DNA from: Monocercomonoides exilis PA203
Taxonomy: Eukaryota; Protista; Preaxostyla
Length of the DNA: 64,000 nt
Direction of reading: 5' to 3'
NCBI GenBank assembly: GCA_001643675.2
Contig: LSRY02000010.1
Span: 1,798,001-1,862,000, forward strand
The notes below the pieces were generated by a model. That model was not told where the DNA came from and did no database searches. It saw only the letters and a list, made by a program, of their open reading frames with translations. A program made the position numbers and the translations under genes. This document shows, one piece after another, positions 26,817 through 37,471 of this stretch; within the stretch, counting starts at the first letter, position 1; each line of letters starts with the position of its first letter.

Positions 26817-26954
26817 TGAAAAATAGTCTCTCTTTATCTATTTCCAGTTGTATTTTGTAATTAAAAGAAAATTGAAAAAAGCGATATAACCATAACGCAA
26901 ATTATGAGCTGATCACAATTTACAAAAATATTTTTTTCTCTTTTAAAATTGGAC
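26817..26954. promoter_or_regulatory. Compact bidirectional promoter region (dynein-2 HC / importin-alpha)
   Basis: Divergent start codons at 26816(-) and 26955(+) are separated by only 138 nt. Confidence 0.55.
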
Positions 26955-29262
26955 ATGCAATCATGGTCGAGAGATGAAAGAGCTTTGGAACGAAAAAAAA
27001 CATTTTCCAAAGGTTGAAATAGAATTTGTAAACAGTGTATTTTTCTAAATGTTTTGGACTTTCATTATTTGATTATCCAAGAATTGTGTTCAAATGTTGA
27101 TCGTACAAAAGCAAGTGATGATGCCTTAACATTAAGAAGTGAAAGCAGATTTAATTTTTTAGCAATGAAACGATTTGACACATCGGAGTCATTGGATGAT
27201 AACGAAGATGATGATTATTCTCAAACTGTTCGCCAAAATAAATTATTAATGAATAAATTGTTATTTTGTTATTTCCTTTATAGGACACTGCGATTCCTTG
27301 TGCAATAATGGAGATATATTCAACTGATTTTAATGTTGTTCTAAAAGGAATTCACTATATTCATCGACAAATTCGTTCAAGTTTTGAATATTATCAATTT
27401 GCTTTTTTTGTAATGTTAATACTTAATTCGTTTAAGAACATTTTGATAGATGCGATGCAATTCATTCCATTGTCAATGCAGGAGCAATTCCTCCTCTCAT
27501 CAATCATTTGTCATCTGAAAATGCATTTGTTCAAACGATTGCTTTGACAACTTTAACGACAATAAGCAGTGGAAATACAGAAGACATTCAAAAGCTTGTT
27601 GATGAAGGAGTTATATCATCATGTGTTCCTTTGCTTAATGATCAATCATCCCCAGTTCAATCGAATGCATGTTTACTTCTTGGAAACATTTCGAGTGAAT
27701 CAAATACTTTAAGAGATGAAGTAATACAGCATGGAGGACTGATAGCTCTTTTAAAGCTTATGTCCTCTTTTTGCTCCCAAAATTCTCCTTCTGCAACTTT
27801 CCCACTGTCAAATTCATCTTCTTCAATCATTCAACCATCTTCTCAAAATCCTTTTCTTTCTTCTCAATCTAATTCAGCAATCACAACAGCTTTTGAACCA
27901 CTTCACCCACTTCAATCACAACAAATTGTGCCTCCGAGCCTTTCTTCACCGCTTGGGCAGCACATCATCTTTTTCATTTCGCAGCTTTCATCCTCTTCAT
28001 TTATCACTTCGACGCATCTCACCATTCTTCTTCCATTCATCAAATCATCACTGCTATCTGTTAAAAATCCTTGCCAGCCAGAGTTATTCTTACCATTGGC
28101 TGATCTGTTTTGCACGCTATCGCGCTTTGCAGCTCGAAAAATATTCAGTTCATTTCTTATTCAATGTGGCTTTCCTTCAATCATCCAGCCATTCATAACG
28201 TTTGCAACATTAATTTTAAATATAAATAATTGACTTTTCTTTCGCACAATTGAAATTTCTTTCTTTTTTTTCTTTATATTTTCATGAATCAGCCACAAAG
28301 TTTCGTACATTTCACAGATTGTTCTCACCACTTTCTATCATTTGATAGCAAACAGCAGCATTGAGAGTGTTAAGACATTCGTGACTCCGTCTATGTTTCG
28401 ACAGTTTTCGATGATTTTAGGTGAAGGAGATGCAATATCGAGTGCTGATGATGCTTTTTCTTCACCGATGCACATAAAGGAGGAGGTGTGCCGTATTCTT
28501 GCCATTATCACAGCTGGGGCACAGGATCAGATAGCGATGGTGGTTGAGTCTGGGGTGCTTCCTTCTTTGATTCGCATCCTCAAAGGCGATGGCTCTGGAA
28601 GCAAGTGGAAGACGGATGAAGCTAATGGTGAAATGAAATGCAGTGAAATGATGGATGAAGATAGCGCATCGAATTTCAAAGAAGTGCAAGGTGAGATCAA
28701 TTCAGATGAAGATGTTTCTGATCGGTCAATGGATGTGGAGAATTCATTTACCGAGCAAATGTCTTCATTGGAGCAAGCGATTGCAGATGCTGAGGATTCT
28801 GATGAAGCTGTGTCGGCCTCCATTTGCAGCCGAGCAGAACGGGTCCATCTGCTTTCACAGGACACGCCACTTCGCAGGCAGGCTCTGAAAGTTGTTGTGA
28901 ATATCAGTTATGGATCGATAGATAATATCAAAGCCTTGCTTGAACTGGATGTGATAAATGCATTGTGCATTGTGATGAGTACAACTCCTGTGTGCGAAGT
29001 AAAAGTGCTGCTTTCTGCGTTGGAGGCAGTCGTCAATTTGCTTCGAGTTAAAAAAACAAAGCAAATATCTTCATGGATGGCTGAAGATCATTTAACTAAG
29101 CTCCAAGGAGTATCCAACGAAATATCGTTTTTTGATAGTATATCAATAAATGAAATAATGCGTTTAGGGATTGTTCTTCAACATTTGGAATTGTCTTCAG
29201 ACGAAGAACTGAGAAAGAATGCTCATGGAATCTTATCTATGATTCAGATAAAGAATGAATGA
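26955..29262 (+). CDS. Divergent importin-alpha-like ARM-repeat protein (multi-exon)
   Basis: IBB-like N-terminus (RALERKKTFSK...LTLRSESRFNFLAMKR) followed by ARM repeats (ISSGNTEDIQKLVDEGVI, LGNISSESNTLRDEVIQHGGL, ITAGAQDQIAMVVESGVLPSLIRIL). Assembled from ORFs 27054, 27508 and 28342 plus short GT-AG introns; internal junctions are approximate. Confidence 0.82.
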
Positions 29263-29598
29263 ATTTTTATTGATTAATGTATTTTTGTTCAATTATTTCA
29301 TAAAAATATACCAAAACAAGAATTTTTGCTTGAAAAATATCTATTTAATACTCAAATTAATTCTCTATATTAGAAGTTGAAATTTTCCTTTTAAAAAAAT
29401 CATGATTTGTATGATGCTATTCGTAAAAAAATACACAAAAGATTTTTGTTCTTTTTTCGTAATTGTTACAATATCTTTGACCTTTATAAACAGTGTTGAT
29501 AAAAATGTTTCCTATCAAGTATTTCGAATTAATAATACTTTGTCACAATGCAAGATATTACACTCGTTGAAGGTTAAAAAAAAAAATTTTCTTTTTTT

Positions 29599-29601
<3 letters not shown>

Positions 29602-29645
<44 letters not shown>

Positions 29646-30464
29646 CTGCAAAGAATCAATTTTGAAAAATCACACAAAAATATAGCTGATCTTTTTTGAA
29701 AACTTCTTTCTGTTAAATTTTCAAATAAATCAAAATTTTCATATTTTGCTCAAAATTTTGTTAACATGCAACAAACTTCACCAATATGGAATCTATTTCT
29801 GGATAATGCTATTTCAAACATTCTGAAGAAGATTCGTGAATGGAAACAGAAATTTAAGCAAAATAAAAAAATTTTATATTTATTTGATAATTAAACATTT
29901 GCGACTTTTCAAAAAGAATAACTCACATTGTTAAGGTTTTGTTTCCATTTTGGGGTAGCTTTATAAGTGGGAACTGAAATTTTATAAAAATAATCATTTC
30001 CATCACAAAAAGTTCTATAATAAAACAAAAAACGTTTCTATCCCCAATCCAATCAAAATGAAACATAAATCAATCAAAGATATTGCATCCATCGAAAATA
30101 ACAACAATTTTTAAAAGTTTCAATTATAATAAAAGTTAGCTTTCATTGAAAAACATTTGATATTTCTTTCACAGACCTTTTTCAAAGCAGCTGCTGAATT
30201 TTCGATTCATTTCACATATCTTAATTTGCTCGATCAATTAAATAAAAATGGAAATTTGTTGCATAAAACATCAAATCAAAAAAACAAATAAAAATATTTG
30301 AAAACACTTTAGCAAACAAGCATGTTCATATTTTTTCGACTCTTCTTTTTTTCTTTTTCAGTAAGTATCTACAAATTTCTTTTCCAAATAAATATATCAC
30401 AAATCCAGTTTTTTGAAAATCCTTTAATACACCAAAAATTATTCAAGATCGAAAAACTTCACTT
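29602..30464 (-). repeat. Inverted repeat pair 2, left arm (819-bp core 29646-30464 plus outer poly(T))
   Basis: CTGCAAAGAATCAATTTTG...GAAAAACTTCACTT is the reverse complement of 31344-32162. Confidence 0.93.
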
Positions 30465-31343
30465 TAAAATTGAATATGTTTTTTTACAACATCTTAAATT
30501 CTTTGTAATCAAAAAATTCGAAAAAAATTTTTAAATTCATACACACATGTCAGTTTTTTTTCTTTCAGTTATTTATCTGAGAAATTTGTCTATTCCAGTT
30601 GTGTGATTATTTTGGATCTTTATTTTTGTGTTTGGTTGTGTTCAATAGCGTGAATAAAAAAAAATGAATATTTATTTATTCTTCATATGTGCTCAGAATA
30701 TATGAGTGATTATTTTTGAAATCATATTTTTTCATTCATGATTTTCGGTTCGAAAATTTCTATTAAATGTCAACCAATGAACACTGAAAAGTTTACAAAC
30801 ATATTCAAAGCCCCTCACTTTTTATTTCCGATTTTGCAATAGCTTTTGAAATAGTTGTGATCATTTCAACATTCGAATATGAAATCTCCTCCCAAAGAAA
30901 AATAGTCTTTTAAAAAAAAATGAACACCCAGAAAAAAAATTATGATTTCTTAAATAATCACCCATATATAAGCAATTTTTGCAAAAAATGAAAGTGATAG
31001 GATATTTCATGATCTTGTTTTGTGCACAAAAAAATAGAAATCAATCTCATTTTTTTGAAACGAAGTGTTTTGTATTTCATTTATTGCATTGGAAACTGAT
31101 AAAATGTATCATGTTCAATATACAAAATGAGAAAAGAATCGATTGATATCAGTCTATATCGCAGAAAACAGTTGTCAAAAACGAAAGAAAAACATTTCCA
31201 ATAAAAAAACATTTGTTAATATAAACATTTGCTTCGACAAAACTTTTTTGGTTTTGACTTTAATTGAAATTCTGAACTAATCATATTCCATTTCGATTTC
31301 GATTTAAACCTTTTCTATGTTGAATTAAAGTTTTTCGATTTTG

Positions 31344-32160
31344 AAGTGAAGTTTTTCGATCTTGAATAATTTTTGGTGTATTAAAGGATTTTCAAAAAAC
31401 TGGATTTGTGATATATTTATTTGGAAAAGAAATTTGTAGATACTTACTGAAAAAGAAAAAAAGAAGAGTCGAAAAAATATGAACATGCTTGTTTGCTAAA
31501 GTGTTTTCAAATATTTTTATTTGTTTTTTTGATTTGATGTTTTATGCAACAAATTTCCATTTTTATTTAATTGATCGAGCAAATTAAGATATGTGAAATG
31601 AATCGAAAATTCAGCAGCTGCTTTGAAAAAGGTCTGTGAAAGAAATATCAAATGTTTTTCAATGAAAGCTAACTTTTATTATAATTGAAACTTTTAAAAA
31701 TTGTTGTTATTTTCGATGGATGCAATATCTTTGATTGATTTATGTTTCATTTTGATTGGATTGGGGATAGAAACGTTTTTTGTTTTATTATAGAACTTTT
31801 TGTGATGGAAATGATTATTTTTATAAAATTTCAGTTCCCACTTATAAAGCTACCCCAAAATGGAAACAAAACCTTAACAATGTGAGTTATTCTTTTTGAA
31901 AAGTCGCAAATGTTTAATTATCAAATAAATATAAAATTTTTTTATTTTGCTTAAATTTCTGTTTCCATTCACGAATCTTCTTCAGAATGTTTGAAATAGC
32001 ATTATCCAGAAATAGATTCCATATTGGTGAAGTTTGTTGCATGTTAACAAAATTTTGAGCAAAATATGAAAATTTTGATTTATTTGAAAATTTAACAGAA
32101 AGAAGTTTTCAAAAAAGATCAGCTATATTTTTGTGTGATTTTTCAAAATTGATTCTTTGC

Positions 32161-32242
<82 letters not shown>
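31344..32242 (+). repeat. Inverted repeat pair 2, right arm (819-bp core 31344-32162 plus poly(A) and (GA)n)
   Basis: Reverse complement of 29646-30464, followed by about 55 A and a GA microsatellite. Confidence 0.93.
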
Positions 32243-32244
<2 letters not shown>

Positions 32245-32916
32245 AAACAGAAAAATGAAAACAATTTTTAATAACATTATCATCGTTATTTGAGCAAATT
32301 CATTGGATTTCAAAACAATTATTAGGCATATAGCATTCGAACACAAAATCTCTTTGCAAAGATAAACAACCTTTGAAAATCAACACAACGAAAAAAGTTA
32401 TGATTTAGAAAATAATCACCCATTTTTTCTGCGAATTTAGATTATATCAAATAGAAAATAAACTCAAAAATCAACTGGAAAAAAGACATTAAAAATTTAT
32501 TTCATTTTTATAAAAAATAGGTTATTTTCTTGAAAATACACAAAAGAAGAGAACCAATACTGCTTGCATAGAACTTCACAACATAAGTTTTAATAAACAT
32601 GTTAATTCTTTATTAAATTTTTTGTTGAGCAACATTCTTTCAATTGAGATGAGTTTTAATTCTATCATTATTCCTCTCTTATTCAAATTACGCAATTGTT
32701 CATTATGAATCAAAAAAATATATTGGAAAAGCGATGAAAAATCTGTAAAATTTCAAGTATCGTTGATATTTCCATAACAAAAATGTTTTTTTGTCTTTTA
32801 TTGGTTTTTGTTAACTTATTGAAAATTTGAAGTTTTTACGAACTTTCGACTTTGGTTGAAAGTTTTTCGATTTTGAATAATTTTTGGTGTATTTCATTTT
32901 ATTGTATTTTTGATTG

Positions 32917-32918
<2 letters not shown>

Positions 32919-32961
<43 letters not shown>
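32919..32961. repeat. Poly(T) tract
   Basis: Direct reading of the sequence. Confidence 0.9.
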
Positions 32962-32963
<2 letters not shown>

Positions 32964-33289
32964 TTTATTTTAAATATCATTTCTTCTTTCATAATATAAT
33001 TAAAAAATTTTGAATGTCAATTTTTTTCAAAATATTCATTGATCCGTAAATTATATAAATCGATCAGACAACCTTTTGATTCCGATCTTGGAGCAAGATT
33101 TTAAAAAGAAGAAATGGTATTTGATTATGAAATCTACAAAGTCTAAACTCAATTTATATTAATATTTGGAATATCTTATTCTTTGATTTTTTGAATATTG
33201 AAATGTAGATTTCGCTTGTTCAAAAATTTTTAAGTGTGCAAAATATTATCTTTGATTGGACAATTTTAAGTTCGTTTTGAATTGAAGAA

Positions 33290-34635
33290 ATGCTTTCTGA
33301 ATTGAATCATTCAACATATGATGTTCAAAAACAGAAAATAGAAGAAATGAATAAAACCATACAAAAAATTTATGAAGACGAATTGGATTTAATTATAACA
33401 GGAAAATTATACGATGATGTCAACAAAATGATTGAAGAAGGGAAAATTTCAACAGAAAATGCATGCCTTCTTTTGAAGAAAGTCGGATATTGCAAAGTTT
33501 TGAGAAGCATAACAAATCAATGTTTTGATTATACTGCCTTAAGACAAAAATTCGAAAAGATGATTGTTGATGAAAACGAGAAAAAAGAAGGAAAAAACGA
33601 AAAGCTTTTATCTGATCTTTGCGAATGCTATTTGTCTAATTGCAGCGTATTTTTTTTGGAAGATGTTCCAAAGGAGCTTGTTTCAATCTGCTTGCACTTT
33701 CTTTTGAAAGTTTCTGGAAACAAAGAGAAAAACGAGAAAGCACAAAAAGAAACTGAAATGTCTTTATTGGCTTTGACAAACATTGGTCTGCATAAAGTGT
33801 GAAAATTGACAATTTATCGTTGACAGTTAATGATCTGTAATAATACTAGGTTGTGAAAACAGAACTGTATTTGAACGAAATCAAAGAGATAATCCAATAT
33901 CACCAGAAATATCACAATTTGACACAACTTGCATATCAATCGGCTTGGAGATTTTTGATTAACAGATTATTCAATGAAGGAGAATTAAGATATGCGATTA
34001 CGAGCGAATTGCAATTTATGAATGAGGCAGTTCAAGAATTGAAAGAGATAGAAAAATGTGTTGAACTGGAAGAAAAAGCAAAGAAAAAAGGAGATAAGGA
34101 AGGAGAAACGAAGGAAAAAGAAACAAAAGAAGATCTGACATTGAAGAGATGTCTCAAAACATTAAATTTATATTTCCAATTTTGCAAATCTGGAGGAAAA
34201 CATTCTGCCGAACTGATTGAATTAGTCATTCGACAGATCAAAGCATCACAGAAAAATCGTAGAGCGCAATTATTAATAGAAAGCTTGAATATTTTTTCAG
34301 AAATGATTTCAAAGGAGACAAATGATGTTTGTAATTTGCTGAATGGAGGAGCAACAGTTTTTGTTTTGGAGGAACTGTTTCGATGTTCATTGAAAAATGA
34401 AATAATAGATTACTGCTTGATTTTCTTTATGAACCTTCAAAGAAGACTTAACGGAAAGATACAAGATGAGAAAAATGAGTTGAAATTAAAAACTGCAAAA
34501 ATAGAAATTTTAAGAGAATATGAAGAAGAAGGATATGAAGATGCAATTATCTCCTCTCTTGGAATGATACATAGTTTCACTTATAGTGGGTTTTTTGTTC
34601 ACTTCAACCTCTCTGACTATTTTATAATTTTATAA
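33290..34635 (+). CDS. Hypothetical helical Glu/Lys/Leu-rich protein, two exons; probably a member of a lineage-specific expanded family
   Basis: ORFs 33290-33802 and 33853-34635 join in frame through a GT-AG intron at 33798-33850 (…GLHK|VVKTELYLNEIKEIIQYHQ…). Motifs EIIQYHQ.YHNLTQLAYQSAW.FL and EEEGYEDAI resemble an oxymonad repeat-family protein (recalled, unverified). Confidence 0.75.
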
Positions 34636-34748
34636 AACCGATAAAGAAAAAGTTATTATCCATAAAATGCATTTCAAGGAAAATTATTATTATTTAAATG
34701 CGATGAAAATTGAAATCAAAAATATTTTTTTTTAACCATAATAATTCA

Positions 34749-35351
34749 ATGACAGAAAAGAAAAGAACATCTAAATGCGGATTACAAGGTTTCCATATCA
34801 ATTTTAATTGATTATTTTTTGACTCATTGTAATATTTATTTTTTTAATAATATTTTTTTGCAACAAATGTTATTAAAGCTTGGATTGATGAATATAAAAA
34901 AAGCTCTGTAACTCCAGAAGAATTCGAGATCAAATTACTTCAGGAACTTAAAACAGTAACGAGTGAAGAAAAGAAGAAGATTCGTGATTTAAGAGATCCA
35001 TCATTAGATTCCGACGGATTTAGAACAGCAAGATCAAAACGAAGAATTGTTTGGATCTTTTGCATTTATTTTGTGTTATTTACGAAACTATATTTGTTAA
35101 ATATTTAGAGCATCTCTTCTAGAAATTCTATGCATATCAAAATCAAGCAACCAAAAATTGTTACAGATTTTTATAAATTCCAGAAAACCGAAGCCAAGAA
35201 GAACAGTATGATCACAACAAAGACAAATTGCATTATTTCTCTAACTTTTTTCAATTTATTTATAGAATTGGAAGAAATACGAAAGCAATTTGAAGAAGAT
35301 AAAAAGCGTGTTTCTCAAATGCGTGAAGCAAGAGTATTCCATCCATTGTAA
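34749..35351 (+). CDS. RRP7: Ribosomal RNA-processing protein 7 (RRP7), C-terminal domain only, 130 aa, four exons
   Basis: Exons 34749-34788, 34879-35048, 35109-35205 and 35266-35351 give ...GLQAWIDEYK...DSDGFRTAR...DFYKFQKTEAKKNKLEEIRKQFEEDKKRVSQMREARVFHPL. This matches the RRP7 consensus DEDGF/W...DFYRFQ.RE.K...LR.KFEEDK.....MK..RKF.PY. Confidence 0.85.
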
Positions 35352-35512
35352 AATCTTCCTTTTCCTGTTTCATTTCAAAAAAAAATATCATTTCAAAAAA
35401 GTTTAAAATAATCAAAAAATTGTAAATTTAAATTCTTAACAATTACTGGAATTAAAGGGCAATTACTTTTTTTTCTTTTTCTTTTTTGAAAAAGATGAAA
35501 AAAAGAAAATTT

Positions 35513-36928
35513 CTAAGCAAGAACAACATTATCCTTTTTTTCTGGGTCAATGATGCGTTTTGATTGAATTCTGCCAGAAGTCAGCTGCCCATTGCTTGGA
35601 GGAGCAGAGAATTCGTCAAAGACAATGTCGGATTTGAATTTGCGCTGAACATTTGGATCTCGACGTTTACGCTCTGTCGGAAGGCGCCTGTCATCCAGCG
35701 AAGAGCCATCGATCCTTGACCACACGCGAGGATCCACATCGAAGCGCTTGCCCATCTTCCCCGAATAGCGAGATGTGTGAAATGAAGAGAAAAGCGGAGC
35801 TTCATCATCCACTTTTAGCTGAGACTTTTCGGTTGAGTTCAGATTAAAAGAGGGAGATGTTGTCTGCTTAGACAGAGTTGTATGCAACGTGGAACGAGTT
35901 GTCCGCACAGGCGAAAAACTGGAAAGTGAAGATATGGTTCTTCTTGTTGTTGGAACGACGGATGGAAGCGTTTCCATTAAAGAAGAATGTGTCCGAGTTG
36001 TGTATGGCGAGCTAAGAGGAGGCTGAGAGGATGCAAGTGACAGAGGAGGGAGATGGTGCCGTGCTGCAGAACTGTGCGAAGATGTAGTAGAAAAAGAGCG
36101 ATTTGTGACATGAGGAGGTGAAAGAGTCTGTTCAGGTGAGTTTTTGAGGAGTGATTTCGAGGGTGAAGTGTGGAGAAAGTGAGTTGGAGTTGTAGATCGA
36201 ATTGACCTCTGAGTCGCTTGGGAGACAGTATATGAAGGATCAGCCGAACCATAAGAATGCTCATAACCCCCTTTTGATAGCGAAGATATAGATTTTTCAA
36301 CTTCTTGGGCAGCCGAGGATCCTTCAAGTGGATCATCTTTCATCAAAGGAGGCTTGTAACGGATAATTTCAGAATGGCTTTCAAAAGGATCGTAATCTCT
36401 CTCATCCACACAATCAAGAAATATTCCTAATCACAAAAAATTTTTTAAAAGTTTCGATATTTCAATTATAAATAATATTATTTTCTAACTTCTTGTATTT
36501 CCAACTCTGATAAACTGATCATATGCCTCTCTCTTCTTCTTCATTGCTTCATTTGCTCTAAACGAATCAACTGATTGCTGTACTTGATCTTTTATCGGAG
36601 AGTACACTTTATCACTCCATTTTTTGAAAATTTTATGAGCCTTTCCAGAAGAGAGAGTTTCAGTTTCTGCAATCGTATGCGTAATTTTACTCACAAAATG
36701 TTCATTTTCTTCTGACAGCTGCGTTAATCTATTAAGAAATTTTGCTTGCTTTTCTTCGAATTGCTCTTGTTTCCGTTTCTTTTGAAAAAGTTATTTATAG
36801 AAATTAACCAAAAATGAAAACGATTTAACCTTGTACTGCTCAACAGATGATGTAAATTGAGCAGAAAAATTTAATTGCTGATCATAATATTGCTCCATTA
36901 CACTTTCACGCAAGTTCTTTCTTTGCAT
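35513..36928 (-). CDS. FAM228-like protein (ciliated-eukaryote family), three exons
   Basis: Exons 36928-36830, 36778-36490 and 36426-35513 give ...KIFKKWSDKVYSPIKDQV...KKREAYDQFIRVGNTRRIFLDCVDERDYDPF, resembling the FAM228 motif (W...V..P...KR......FL....N....F......EYDPF), then a Ser/Pro-rich tail. Confidence 0.6.
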
Positions 36929-37471
36929 TTTTAGACTCTTTTTATCATAATCATTCTTTATATATTATGAGAAAGCCAAATCTTTTGAAATATTTACAAA
37001 CATTGTTGTCATCTATTTCCATGGATTTAATTTCTTCCGATAAAGTTTCTCTTGCCGGAGAAACATAACTCATCTATCCCAAGTGAAAAATGAAATCCAT
37101 AATGGGTATAAAAGATTCAACCAAATATCGAGTCAAAATATGTTGAACAAAAATAAAAAACTAGTTTGTAGCATGAAAAATAATGCAATTTTATAAATTT
37201 AATGATATTAAATAAATAAAGATGTTCGAAATAATAAACAATTTTAAGAATAAAAATCAGAAAATTTTAAACAATTTCGTTAAAATTAAAATTTGAGTTT
37301 TGTCAATTGCTCTGTGATTTAATTTGAATATTGAAAGTGTTTTTTCCATTTTTGAATTTCAATACTTTGGAAATAGTTATTAAAAGGTTATGATCTTTTG
37401 AGCATTATTTCTTTTGGATTGTTAACCATTTTTTGTCCGTTTCGGAGGATAATTATTGAAAAACAATTTTG

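Noticed and set aside
1-36928. A ciliary gene cluster (TTBK, dynein-2, FAM228-like)
   Set aside because: The genes are interspersed with unrelated ones; chance co-location is plausible in a flagellate.
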